DNA from: Spirochaetia bacterium
GTDB lineage: Bacteria > Spirochaetota > Spirochaetia > UBA9216
DNA: 64,000 bases
Assembly (NCBI GenBank): GCA_963677925.2
Contig: CAXXYH010000004.1
Span: 1,632,001-1,696,000, forward strand
Direction of reading: 5' to 3'
Positions 37,521 through 47,636 of the stretch are shown here, one piece after another (within the stretch, counting starts at the first letter, position 1; each line of letters begins with the position of its first letter). The position numbers and the translations under genes were made by a program. The notes below the pieces were generated by a model that did no database searches, had not been told where the DNA came from, and saw only the letters and a program-made list of their open reading frames with translations.

Positions 37521-38676
37521 TGGAATACCCCCGGTCAATCGCTAGAATAAGTCCTATAAGCTGTGTAAGCCCGGTATATATCGGTTCAACTTCAATGCTC
37601 TCGTTGATCCCGTCCTGGTAGTCCCCTGTTGTCAGTCCTATTGTAAGGGCAGGAATATCATGTGCAATAAAAGCAGCCAGTTCGGAGGTACTTGGCGATA
37701 TTCTTGGTTTTATTTTAAGATTAGTCATGATCTGTCTTGCAGAAGAGGCAAGAGGATGAGAGAAGTCAATTCCGCCCGGATGCCGCCTTGCAAGAACATC
37801 AAGTTCGATTTCTTCGCCGGTATGGCTTGAAACTTCTGATGCAATGTTAGAAATGGACCTTAGAACTTTCGACACCATATCACCGGATTCACTGCGGATC
37901 TCAAAGCGCAGTATTGCCTTGGAGGCAAGGGCGTTGAATGATTTTCCGCCTTCGATTGAGCCGAAGGCAATGTTGCACCTGGGGCGTTTAGGCAGCGGTA
38001 TCTCAAGAATCCGGTTAATAACCTCGTTTATGGTTACTATTGAACCGACCGCTCCGAAGCGGGTCCAGTCATACTGTTCCGGAACCTCGCATTTCAGTTC
38101 ACAGCGTATCATTCCAATGGAACTATAGCTTAGTCTTCCGAGTTTTACCCCCTCAACACAGAGCCCTGCGTGGATGGGAATGTTTGAATTGTCAAGAAAG
38201 AAGCTTAGCCCCTCGATATCGCCGCGGCCGAGGCTCCGGGAAGACCCCATAAGCACCAGGTTTGACCGCAGCTTAATGTCCAGGTGTTCCAGTATTGTGG
38301 GAAGGGCGGCAATAGCCGCTACACCAAGGGCATTGTCGCCTATTCCGGGGCCTGTAATATACTGAGGCTGAACGCTGATTGTGTGATCAACCTTCTCGTC
38401 AAAAATACTGTCTGTGTGGGCAACAATAAGAATATTGCGGTCGCCCCGTTCTCCGGGAAGTATTCCAAGAGCGTTGCCTTTCTCGTCTGTAGAACAGTTG
38501 AGCATGTGATTATCAGCGAAACGCTCAATAAGAAACCTTACCCGCTTTTCCTCGTTGAAAGTAGGGGAGGGTATCTCTCCGAGCATTACCAGGTTGGCAA
38601 GCACCGTTTCACTGAGCTCTTTCAGTTTACTTTCATATCCTGGAAGAAGTTCAAGAATGTCTTTTATATCGGGCAT
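37510..38676 (-). CDS. M20/M25/M40 peptidase-fold protein, apparently degenerate active site
   Basis: EIPSPTF.E..R, DEKGN, AHTD, GPGIGDN retained; expected EE and distal His not seen. Confidence 0.75.
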   Translation of the reverse strand: MPDIKDILELLPGYESKLKELSETVLANLVMLGEIPSPTFNEEKRVRFLIERFADNHMLNCSTDEKGNALGILPGERGDRNILIVAHTDSIFDEKVDHTISVQPQYITGPGIGDNALGVAAIAALPTILEHLDIKLRSNLVLMGSSRSLGRGDIEGLSFFLDNSNIPIHAGLCVEGVKLGRLSYSSIGMIRCELKCEVPEQYDWTRFGAVGSIVTINEVINRILEIPLPKRPRCNIAFGSIEGGKSFNALASKAILRFEIRSESGDMVSKVLRSISNIASEVSSHTGEEIELDVLARRHPGGIDFSHPLASSARQIMTNLKIKPRISPSTSELAAFIAHDIPALTIGLTTGDYQDGINESIEVEPIYTGLTQLIGLILAIDRGYSSES

Positions 38677-38787
38677 AATTTTCCTCTATAATCATTTTAA
38701 GGACAGAGAATTCTTTTTTCAACAACATTTCTATCCTGAGAAGTTTTTTAGTGGTATTTTAACCCCAAGATGTGATATCTTATCGTT

Positions 38788-39168
38788 ATGAGGACCTTCA
38801 AATTGGCGGCTGCAGTACTGGCCGCGGTATTTCTCATATTATCATGCAGCAGTTATGTCATCCCTTATCTGGATCTTAATGTAGAAAATACTTATAGCAG
38901 TTCAACTGTAAAGATATACTATACTTATGTCTGCGAGGGTGAGTCTCAGACCTGTTCCTATATACTGTACAATAAAAATGATTATTCATCAGCTTATCTT
39001 GGCTATGAATACTACGGCGTATTGCCTGAATCAGATTCCCTGCTGTTCGAAGGTTTGTCTGAAGGAGATTATCAGCTTAATTTTACAGTCTATACGGAAA
39101 AGAACGGTGAATATACAGCCCTTAAATTTCTTGATGAATCACATACATTTACAGTGGATATTCCCTAG
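38788..39168 (+). CDS. Hypothetical lipoprotein (beta-rich)
   Basis: Signal peptide ending LILS|C; GLSEGDYQLNFTV resembles an Ig/FN3-like strand. Confidence 0.7.
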   Translation: MRTFKLAAAVLAAVFLILSCSSYVIPYLDLNVENTYSSSTVKIYYTYVCEGESQTCSYILYNKNDYSSAYLGYEYYGVLPESDSLLFEGLSEGDYQLNFTVYTEKNGEYTALKFLDESHTFTVDIP

Positions 39169-39180
39169 GAGAAGTTGTCG

Positions 39181-40347
39181 ATGTTCAGAATAAAAATCAC
39201 TGTGTTTACTGCAGTAATTCTTCTATTACTAACCTTCAGTTCCTGTGACGAGGGAATTTTTAATTTTAATGACCAGACAGGGAATCTCGCTCTTACCTTT
39301 GATAAAACCACAACATATTCTATTGATATAGGCAGTGTAGTGTTTATTCTGGAAAATCAGGATTCCGGCGATTATATCAGGAAGGAATATGATTATGACG
39401 GCGGTATCGATGAATATATATCACGGTTAAACACCGGCAACTGGAACCTCACAATTACCGTATATGATTCAAGTGGCACTCAGATATTCCAGAACTCTGA
39501 TGGTCCCTTCTACTTTGAGCTGGAACTGGCTGAAACAGCAAATGTTGATCTAATATTAAATTACGATGGTACCAATTACTGGATCGAGGCCGACATCGAT
39601 GTTGGTGATGGAACTGCGGATCCCGTTATTGGAATTTCTGCGATGGATGTTTTAGTGGTTGGTATTCATGCCGCCGGAGATGACTCCAGAGACTCAATCA
39701 ATTTTACATGCTCTGTTATGGTTCAGGGCTACGGTTTTACAAGCGGTCTTGCAGGTTTATACATACAATATCCTGATGGGAGCAGCTTCAGTTCCGGCGA
39801 TACCTCGCGTGCTATATCAGGGCTGAGTATATCAACAGATGCAGCATATATGACGATAAACCGGAATGGATTCTATTCGAAGGGTGATTATTATATCAGA
39901 CTGATCGATGTTTATGGAAATGTAGTCGAACAGACTTTCAATCTTTATTTTGATATGGATCCATACAATGGAACAGCAATTTTTACAACATCCTACGGCG
40001 AGGCTAACCCAATAACCACAACCGGTTATGATTCGGGTGATGCTACGGGTGTCGGTTCATATATCGCATATTGTGTTCTTCAGGGGACCGGTACATCGGT
40101 TCAGGGCTCAAGTCTGACGATTGTCGAAAATCCCGATGGTGCTTCCAGTATAGCCCTTCCGGGAATAGGTTCTCCCAGTTATGATTATGTTTTAGTTACA
40201 ACTGATTATCTGGTTCCGCTTAGTGATTTAAGTGCAATTTATACACCGGGAACAACAGATATGAGTGTTTCAGGAGTTCCTGAATGGTTGTATACATATT
40301 ACGGCGGCTCAATTCATTACATCGGAATATCGGTGTACTCAAACTAG
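39181..40347 (+). CDS. Hypothetical acidic lipoprotein (paralog of the next gene); start TTG 39175 or ATG 39181
   Basis: Signal peptide ending FSS|C, then DEGIFNF. Confidence 0.75.
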   Translation: MFRIKITVFTAVILLLLTFSSCDEGIFNFNDQTGNLALTFDKTTTYSIDIGSVVFILENQDSGDYIRKEYDYDGGIDEYISRLNTGNWNLTITVYDSSGTQIFQNSDGPFYFELELAETANVDLILNYDGTNYWIEADIDVGDGTADPVIGISAMDVLVVGIHAAGDDSRDSINFTCSVMVQGYGFTSGLAGLYIQYPDGSSFSSGDTSRAISGLSISTDAAYMTINRNGFYSKGDYYIRLIDVYGNVVEQTFNLYFDMDPYNGTAIFTTSYGEANPITTTGYDSGDATGVGSYIAYCVLQGTGTSVQGSSLTIVENPDGASSIALPGIGSPSYDYVLVTTDYLVPLSDLSAIYTPGTTDMSVSGVPEWLYTYYGGSIHYIGISVYSN

Positions 40348-40363
40348 GATGCCGGGAAAAAAT

Positions 40364-41569
40364 ATGAAGCGAATGCTTAGATTTTCAGCACTGACATCTT
40401 TACTCTTTATTTCACTGTTATTCCTTTTCTCATGCAGTTACGGTATTTTTAATTTTTCCGCTGAGACCGGCTATTTCAGATTTGAACTTGAGTTTAACGG
40501 CGATTATTCTGCTTCGGAAGTAGAATTTACCCTTACTCCTCCGGACGATAGCGGTGATGTAATATTCACAGAAGTAATTGAGAACGGTTTCTGCAGCCTT
40601 AACGTTGAAAATATGGATATCGGGACCTGGCAGCTTAATGTAACAATTCTGCCTGATTCCAATACGGTTTTCGAATCACCTGTTGATTTTGAAATAGTTA
40701 CTGATCAGCAGACGGGCGGAAGAATTGATGTTAGTTTTAACGGGTCTGAATACAGTTATAATGTTTACTGGTGGGATTCTGACGGAACAGACATCAGCAG
40801 CGCAGAAGCTGCAATAACAGTTGATTCCCTGACATTGAGTCCTTTAATACTCAAGGCTTACCGTGGTAATACAAAACTCGGGTACGCTGCATTTGAGGTC
40901 TCAGGAACCAATTTTCTGGATGGGCTTAATTATCTTGAGATTACATCTCCTGATGATTCCACAGTCAGAGTGAGTAATTATGAATATTACCCTAAAGATT
41001 TGTTTCTTGGCGGATCGGATGTCGAAGAAACCCTTATAAGCATTCAGGACGGCTTCAACAGGGATTTCGATTCTTTTAACGGAACTTATACTGTCAGAGC
41101 TGTGGACAATTCGAGCAATATTGTTCGATTTACCTACGACTATGATCTGGTTTCCGAGGACAAGATTCCGGTTCTGACAGGAATGGATGGCGCCGGAGTA
41201 ATAGCAACGCTTGTCGATTCCACAATAATTCATGATTTTGATTGGGAAATACCTGATTCTACTTCCACCGGTTCAGTGTTTGCATATATTGTGAATAAAA
41301 CAGATGGTACTTATTATCCAGCAGATGACAGTATCTATAATAGTACCGGCGTACTTTCGGTTCCCAATTCAACAATGTCAGTAAGCGATACATACCAGTT
41401 GGTTGTGGTATCAATGGAATATTCTACAACAACCCCGTATACAGATGCGATCGCCGCAGGAGTTGATATACATATGAACGCAACTACTATAGGCTGGATG
41501 CTGAATGAAATATATGGAGCCTCTACCGGTCTTATAAGCGTAACAGCTGCTGAGTTCGATACCTACTGA
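40364..41569 (+). CDS. Hypothetical acidic lipoprotein; start moved to ATG 40364
   Basis: MKRMLR...LFS|C SYGIFNF; colinear similarity to 39181-40347. Confidence 0.75.
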   Translation: MKRMLRFSALTSLLFISLLFLFSCSYGIFNFSAETGYFRFELEFNGDYSASEVEFTLTPPDDSGDVIFTEVIENGFCSLNVENMDIGTWQLNVTILPDSNTVFESPVDFEIVTDQQTGGRIDVSFNGSEYSYNVYWWDSDGTDISSAEAAITVDSLTLSPLILKAYRGNTKLGYAAFEVSGTNFLDGLNYLEITSPDDSTVRVSNYEYYPKDLFLGGSDVEETLISIQDGFNRDFDSFNGTYTVRAVDNSSNIVRFTYDYDLVSEDKIPVLTGMDGAGVIATLVDSTIIHDFDWEIPDSTSTGSVFAYIVNKTDGTYYPADDSIYNSTGVLSVPNSTMSVSDTYQLVVVSMEYSTTTPYTDAIAAGVDIHMNATTIGWMLNEIYGASTGLISVTAAEFDTY

Positions 41570-41571
41570 AT

Positions 41572-43938
41572 CTACTCCCTGACATAAACAAGGTCCAGGC
41601 TTCGGGGAGATTCTTCGGAGTCTGCGGAGAGTTCCGCCTCAATCCTTCCCGAATCAGCTGAAATCACAGTTGCTGTGCCGATAAGATACTCACTCTTGCC
41701 GCGTTCCTTACGCCTTATGATAATCTCCGCTCCGTCGGCAATCCGGGTATCGGAAAGTCTTTCAATTATCAGTCTGCTGCCCGAAGCCCACGAAACTGAG
41801 CCCACAAGGATTTCCCGTGTAAGGCCTGAAGAGGCACCGTCAGATGTAGCTGCAAGGGCTGATATCTCTCTTACCGCCTGGGCAAAAAGCAGTTCCTTTG
41901 AACTTAGTTCGTTTATCTTCTGCGCAGATGAAGCGGAAGCAGTACCTGCAAGATGTCCGGTAAGTGTCAGGACATCTTCAAGGGCTTCGGTCCGGCCGTC
42001 GCCGTATCCGCTAGTGTAGCCGCTCTTTTCAGCCTGTACCGCTTTCTGCTCAAGAGTGACCTTCTCTGCTTCAAAAGACTCATTAAGTGCGGTCATCTCT
42101 GATGCAGCTTCTGTCAGCTTCAGGTTGAGTTCCTCTATTGAGGCTTCCTGCTCGGCAATCTTTTCGCCGCTTTCAACATTAAGACTGTTCAATTTCAGGT
42201 TTTCCTGGTCTCTTTCGCCAATCATCCTGGTCAGCCGGTCGATCTCAGTATTCTGTTCGGCTGTAAGCTGCTCAACCTCGGCTGCACGTTCTGCAGCCAG
42301 CTGTTCAACTTCTGCATCGCGCTGTGCGGTCAGCTCTTCAACCTGGGCTTCCCGGGCTGCTGTAAGTTCCTGAAGTTCAGCATTCCTTGCCTCAGTCAGC
42401 TCGCTAATCCGGCTGTCGGCCTCGGTAATCCGTGTTTCATACCTGCTGATAGTATCATCAAGAGTTTTCTGAATTTCAGCTACTGCACTCTTTCGTTCAG
42501 CTTCAAGATTTTTAATTGCAGTATCCTTCGCTGCAAGCTGACCGGAGAAAGACTTCTCATAGCTTCTGACAAGCCCTTCAAGGGCCCTGCTGAACAGGTC
42601 CGGGTTTTCGGTCTCCGCTCCCGCAGCTGCGTCTACATACTGCTGAGCCGCCTTTTCCAGACTGCCGCTGTTCTCAAGGGCTTCAGCCTGAGTCAGTGCA
42701 GGGCTTATGCGCTCGGCTTCTCTCTGCCGGGTGATGGATTCAAGATTGCTTAAAGCGGTCGAAATTGAAGGCAGCTTTTCAACAGCCCTGCTGTAGTAAT
42801 CAGCTGCGGCTGAAGAATCTCCGGTTCTAAGGGCCTCGTCGCCAAGCCTTGCCAGTTCACGTGCCGACAGCAGCAGTTCCGCCGTCTCTGTGCGGCTCCT
42901 GTTGTCAACGCTGGTTTTGTAGGTCTGTTCCTCAATCCGCTGTTTGAGCACATTAAGGATTTCTATATCGTTCGCCTTTCTTTTCTGAACCGCTGCCAGA
43001 TTTGATAGTGTCGGGTCATTTATGTATTCATTTAGAGACTGGATAGCCGAAATAGCCTGTTCGTAACTGCTGTTTCTGATCAGGTTGAAGATCTGTTCAT
43101 ATGAACCGTTAATCTGGTCAATGACAAGCGATTCCCGTTCACGGTTTCGGGTAAGTTCTTCAATTTTTGCCGCCGCCGCTGCGGCTTCCTCGGCCAGAGC
43201 GCTTTTTTCGGCCTCATACTGAGCGGTGAGTTCATTTTCCCTGGCTGCAGTCTCCTGTCTTATCTGGTCTTTCTCGGAATTAACCTGGGCAAGCAGCTGT
43301 TCATTCTGCCTTCTGGCAGCTTCAAGCTCCTGTCTCTGGGCTTCAAGGGCTTTTTCATTTTCATTGCGGAAAGCCTGTATCTCAGCATCATATTCAGCCA
43401 TTCGGGCGGCTTCAATGCGTTCAAGTTCCGCGCTGATATCAGCCTCAGTCCTTCCGGCGCTTCTCATGTTCTGACGTTCACGTTCCAGTTCGGCTTCAAG
43501 GGCACTTCTAAGCTCAGTCTCCCTGTCGGCTATCCGCTGCTCCATTGTGTCAGCCAGTTCCCGGCTCTGCCTGTCGAGTTCAGAAAGCTCAGACTGGATC
43601 TGATTTATCTGGCTGTCTTTTTCGGAAAGTTTCTGCTCTGATTCCTTTTTAAGTTCCTCAAGCAGTTTTCCTTCCGCGGAGGTATACGTGGCGTTAAGCT
43701 GGTTAAGATTATCCTTTTTCTGCTCGAACATCCTGCCTGAAAAATATACCGTTGCTGCAACGGCTGAAATTGCCAGGATGTTTATAATAAGCGGCAGAAT
43801 TGCACCTGTTTTTGCTTTCTTTAAACCTGATTCATCGGAGGAGGTAAGACGGTTATCGGCAATAACACGGTCAATTTCTTCGAGAATTTCAAGACGTTCC
43901 TGTTCTTCTATCCCGTTATCGGTCTGTTGTTCGCTCAA
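41572..43938 (-). CDS. Membrane-anchored long coiled-coil protein with TPR-like helices and a C-terminal beta domain
   Basis: One N-terminal TM (ILPLIINILAISAVAATVYF), E/Q/A/R-rich helical body; AGGAGG upstream of TTG. Confidence 0.75.
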   Translation of the reverse strand: MSEQQTDNGIEEQERLEILEEIDRVIADNRLTSSDESGLKKAKTGAILPLIINILAISAVAATVYFSGRMFEQKKDNLNQLNATYTSAEGKLLEELKKESEQKLSEKDSQINQIQSELSELDRQSRELADTMEQRIADRETELRSALEAELERERQNMRSAGRTEADISAELERIEAARMAEYDAEIQAFRNENEKALEAQRQELEAARRQNEQLLAQVNSEKDQIRQETAARENELTAQYEAEKSALAEEAAAAAAKIEELTRNRERESLVIDQINGSYEQIFNLIRNSSYEQAISAIQSLNEYINDPTLSNLAAVQKRKANDIEILNVLKQRIEEQTYKTSVDNRSRTETAELLLSARELARLGDEALRTGDSSAAADYYSRAVEKLPSISTALSNLESITRQREAERISPALTQAEALENSGSLEKAAQQYVDAAAGAETENPDLFSRALEGLVRSYEKSFSGQLAAKDTAIKNLEAERKSAVAEIQKTLDDTISRYETRITEADSRISELTEARNAELQELTAAREAQVEELTAQRDAEVEQLAAERAAEVEQLTAEQNTEIDRLTRMIGERDQENLKLNSLNVESGEKIAEQEASIEELNLKLTEAASEMTALNESFEAEKVTLEQKAVQAEKSGYTSGYGDGRTEALEDVLTLTGHLAGTASASSAQKINELSSKELLFAQAVREISALAATSDGASSGLTREILVGSVSWASGSRLIIERLSDTRIADGAEIIIRRKERGKSEYLIGTATVISADSGRIEAELSADSEESPRSLDLVYVRE
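42229..42402 (-). repeat. Five tandem 11-aa (33-bp) coding repeats
   Basis: ELTEARNAELQ/ELTAAREAQVE/ELTAQRDAEVE/QLAAERAAEVE/QLTAEQNTEID. Confidence 0.8.
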
Positions 43939-44016
43939 AGCCTTCCTCCTGACTTTTTTATCGGCAAATGCCGGTTAATTTTAAAGCCGTGCATTCCGAT
44001 TCTGTAGTAGGAACAT

Positions 44017-45675
44017 ATGAAAATTCGTGCGAGACTTATCCTTATTGTTATGCCTCTCCTTGCGGCGGCCCTGCTCATTACGGGTATCTTCTCATCATAT
44101 TCAGCCAGAAGCGGTATGACAAGGCTCGCGATGTCCTCGCTTGGATTCAAATCCGAAGAACTAGAGAAATACATGCAGAACCAGTGGACTCTTCTGAAGG
44201 ATAACGGATTCAGCGACCGCCCGGAATATGTTGAGGTAGCAAAGAGCGCTGTTCTTTCATATGCCTTTACCCTCCTTCGGAGCGAGACCGAGCTTATCTT
44301 TGCTGTAACGCCTGATTCTGAAATTGTTATGAAAACCGCAGGGGTTTCCGTCCTGCCTGAGGAGAAAGAGGTATTCACAGGTATTCTAAACCGCCCCGAA
44401 ACAGGATGGGTAGAACTGAATATCTCGGGTGAGGCCAGGGTAGGGGATTACTTTTATTTTGAGCCGTTTGGCTGGTATGTCTTTCTTACTGAAGACAGTG
44501 CCGCTTTTTACCGTGAAGTCTCAGAACTTCTGCAGCAGAATTACATAATTCTCGGTATATCAATAGTAATTTCGTTGATCTTTATACTCATCCTTGCCTC
44601 ATATCTGATTGGCCCGCTTACAAGGGTTGTTTCGGCTATGAAGGGAATAATCCGTGACAGCGACCTGTCACGAAGGGTTCAGGTTGAATACCGTGATGAA
44701 ACCGGCCAGCTTGCAGATACATTCAATACGATGATCGGCGCCCTTGAACGTGCAAACCAGCAAATTAAGGAACACGCAATAGAGGCCGTACTCGCAAAGA
44801 AGAGCGAGCACAAGATTAGAAATATATTCCAGAAGTATGTACCCAAGGATGTTATAGAAACTGTTTTTGCAAATCCCGAATCAATGCTGATAGGAGAAAA
44901 CAGGGTAATTTCAATACTTTTCTCGGATATCAGAAGTTTTACAACAATCTCTGAAAGCTATTCTCCGGATCAGCTTGTAATTGATCTTAATAAATATTTT
45001 GAGATCATGGTTGATATAATAATCAGCCGGGGGGGCGTTATTGATAAATACATCGGTGATGCGATTATGGCTTACTTCGGTGCTCCTGTTAAACATGATG
45101 ATGATGCCTACCAGTCGGTTATGGCTGCTCTTGAGATGCAGGATGCTCTGGCAAAGTTTAATGAGCAGCTTGAAAGCGAAGGCAAGCATCCCTTTAAAAC
45201 CGGAATCGGTATTAACTACGGTGTAGTTACAGTAGGTAATATCGGGTCAGAGAAGAAGATGGATTATACTCTTATCGGTGATATGGTTAACCTCGGATCA
45301 AGACTTGAGGGCCTGACCAAGCCTTATAAGCAGGGAGTCATAATTTCCGAGAGCGTATACCGCAAGGTTCGAAGCAAGGTGCCCTGCAGGGTCGTCGATA
45401 AAGTCCAGGTAAAAGGAAAGACTCAGGGTGAAAGCATCTACACTGCAAGCACAGATCTAACCGACAGACAGAAGAAAGCCTGGGCCTACCATAATGCCGG
45501 GGCAAGACTCTTTTATTCACGTGATTTTAAAAAGGCTATAAAATACTTCGGTGCAGCTTTGAGCATCGACCACGATGACTACCTTTCAAACATGTTCATG
45601 GAACGAAGCCGCAGGTACATGACAAACCCGCCGCCTGAAGACTGGACCGGTGTCGAGATAATGACTACTAAATAA
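44017..45675 (+). CDS. Class III adenylate cyclase (2 TM, Cache-like, HAMP, catalytic domain, TPR-like tail)
   Basis: LFSDIRSFT, IDKYIGDAIMA, GNIGS...DYTLIGD.VNLGSRLEG, VKGK; Lys/Asp specificity residues indicate ATP. Confidence 0.92.
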   Translation: MKIRARLILIVMPLLAAALLITGIFSSYSARSGMTRLAMSSLGFKSEELEKYMQNQWTLLKDNGFSDRPEYVEVAKSAVLSYAFTLLRSETELIFAVTPDSEIVMKTAGVSVLPEEKEVFTGILNRPETGWVELNISGEARVGDYFYFEPFGWYVFLTEDSAAFYREVSELLQQNYIILGISIVISLIFILILASYLIGPLTRVVSAMKGIIRDSDLSRRVQVEYRDETGQLADTFNTMIGALERANQQIKEHAIEAVLAKKSEHKIRNIFQKYVPKDVIETVFANPESMLIGENRVISILFSDIRSFTTISESYSPDQLVIDLNKYFEIMVDIIISRGGVIDKYIGDAIMAYFGAPVKHDDDAYQSVMAALEMQDALAKFNEQLESEGKHPFKTGIGINYGVVTVGNIGSEKKMDYTLIGDMVNLGSRLEGLTKPYKQGVIISESVYRKVRSKVPCRVVDKVQVKGKTQGESIYTASTDLTDRQKKAWAYHNAGARLFYSRDFKKAIKYFGAALSIDHDDYLSNMFMERSRRYMTNPPPEDWTGVEIMTTK

Positions 45676-45817
45676 AAAAACTTGGTTAGTTTTTTTATTT
45701 GGTTTTAGAGATTTTTGGTTATATCAGACTGAGTAAAATAGGGTTTCTTTGATAAAAATCTCCATTTAAATCTAAGGCAGTAAATCAAAAAGTTGCTGAC
45801 TTTTTGATTTATGAAGA

Positions 45818-46411
45818 TTAAAAAACGGCTGAGAGTATTCCTGCTGTGAGCAGGGTTGTGAGTGCTGTGATTCCAGATATTATTGATGTCTCCTCTAGAA
45901 GCTGCCACCAGAAGAGGTAGAAGGCTGCCTGATCGGCGTATTCAGTCTCGGTGTATTTATTGAAAAAGTGTTCATAGCCGGCTGCTGAGGCAGCAAAAAC
46001 GACCGTTGAAACACCGGCAACCCATAAATCAGCTGTAGTAAGATTCTTTATGAGCTTTTCTGTTCTGCCGGAATTTATCCTGTCCTTTTCAGCCTGATGC
46101 ATTGAGGCGGTAATTTCAATGCTGTTCTGAGCCTTATTCTGCTCCTCAATCGAAGATTCAGCTATGAATTTCAGCATCCTTGCCCTGCTGATGATGTCCC
46201 TGCGGTTTTCATTTAAAGCTGAATTTATCAGATTGTCGATATCGGTGATCTCAGACTCTGTCAATGCCGGGTTTTCTATTATCGATGTTTCAAGCTCCAT
46301 GTAGCTGTTAAGCAGTTCATCAACATAAACTTCGGATTCCTGTGCATGAAGGCTGTATAAGGGCAGTAAGAGTAAGAGTGTCAGTAATAATGTACGGCTG
46401 TTCTTTATCAT
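45818..46411 (-). CDS. Hypothetical exported protein with C-terminal membrane segments
   Basis: Signal peptide ending LHA; two hydrophobic C-terminal stretches; directly follows the PEGA gene. Confidence 0.65.
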   Translation of the reverse strand: MIKNSRTLLLTLLLLLPLYSLHAQESEVYVDELLNSYMELETSIIENPALTESEITDIDNLINSALNENRRDIISRARMLKFIAESSIEEQNKAQNSIEITASMHQAEKDRINSGRTEKLIKNLTTADLWVAGVSTVVFAASAAGYEHFFNKYTETEYADQAAFYLFWWQLLEETSIISGITALTTLLTAGILSAVF

Positions 46412-46412
46412 T

Positions 46413-47558
46413 CTACTCGAGTCTCCCAGCGGGATTCCGGGCCCAGGATTCGATCACTGTTTCTATACCGCTTGCCAGAATTTCCTCTTCGGTGCCTGAG
46501 AACAGAGGGTCGATGAAAACCATCTTTTCCGCGTATTCTCTGCTTTTTCCGGTTTCACCCAGATTATAATAAAGCAGGGAAATTGCCTGACAGGCCCTGT
46601 CGTAGACTTCCGGGGTCTGGTAGCGCATTATTATCATTGTCAGTTCGGCAATGGCAAGGGGAGTGTCACCGGTAATAATGTGGATTTTTGCTGTCCTGTA
46701 GATAGAATCGGCGTAGAACTTTGAGTCTTTGTGGAAACTGATAATTTCACTGTAAAGACTAAGCGCTTCTTCCAGGCTTCCTCCTGCAAGAGCATCACCT
46801 GCCTGCTGAAAAATAAGTTCTGCATCGGCTTCGGTGCTTCCCGGCTGAAATTCGGCTATTTCATAATGTTTAAGATAATCGCTTCTATCAATCAGCAGGG
46901 CAATTTCGGTAGCTCCCAGCAGCAGTGTTGTGCTTTCCAGAGCTGTAAGGTACAGCGGCTGGGGCCATCTTATCCGCCTGCTCTCATACCAGTCTATCCC
47001 GAAGGCTGCTGCTGTAACTCCGAATGATATTGGAATCAGGGTGGATATTGCGGTTAACAGTTTTTCTTTGGGATAAAAAGGGGTGATAATTACATCGCGG
47101 CCTTCGCGTGATATCCTGTACCCGCTTTCAGGAATTAACAGATTATTACCGAGAATTCTGTCTTCATCGGCCCTGAGGATTATATTATCCTCGGAGACAA
47201 ATGATGAAGGTATCACCTTTGAATTCAGGTCGGCAAAGAAACTGCTGTTTTTGTCTGTAAGTTCAATATTTTCTATGTAAGGCTGATAATTATCGCTGAT
47301 TATTTTTATTTCATGGCTTCCGGGACTGAGTCCCCTGAGTAGTACCGGTGTTGCCTGGGCCTGTGGAGCTCCATCGATAAATACGGCAGCATTTATAGGG
47401 CTGCTCCCGATGAAGAGATTAACCTGCTCATCCTGAGCGTATACAGACTGAAAGACTGCTGTTAAAAGGATTGAGGCAAATAACAGTTTTCGGTGAATAC
47501 GTGAACAGGAAAAAGCCATAGTGAATAATAATATCAGATCAGGCATAATTGCAAGCAT
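46413..47558 (-). CDS. PEGA-domain and TPR-containing protein; start uncertain
   Basis: IGSSPINAAVFIDG....TPVLL.GL.PG.HEIKI (PEGA); C-terminal BamD/CpoB-like TPRs. Confidence 0.75.
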   Translation of the reverse strand: MLAIMPDLILLFTMAFSCSRIHRKLLFASILLTAVFQSVYAQDEQVNLFIGSSPINAAVFIDGAPQAQATPVLLRGLSPGSHEIKIISDNYQPYIENIELTDKNSSFFADLNSKVIPSSFVSEDNIILRADEDRILGNNLLIPESGYRISREGRDVIITPFYPKEKLLTAISTLIPISFGVTAAAFGIDWYESRRIRWPQPLYLTALESTTLLLGATEIALLIDRSDYLKHYEIAEFQPGSTEADAELIFQQAGDALAGGSLEEALSLYSEIISFHKDSKFYADSIYRTAKIHIITGDTPLAIAELTMIIMRYQTPEVYDRACQAISLLYYNLGETGKSREYAEKMVFIDPLFSGTEEEILASGIETVIESWARNPAGRLE

Positions 47559-47587
47559 GATTTAGATATACCGGCTTTTTATGAAGA

Positions 47588-47618
47588 TAAAAACAGCCCC
47601 TTAAAGGAGCTGTTTTAT
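47588..47618. terminator. Terminator after the Ig-propeller lipoprotein gene
   Basis: TAAAAACAGC-CCTT/AAGG-GCTGTTTTA inverted repeat with A/T tails. Confidence 0.7.
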
Positions 47619-47636
47619 TGGGTTGAACCGGCTAAG

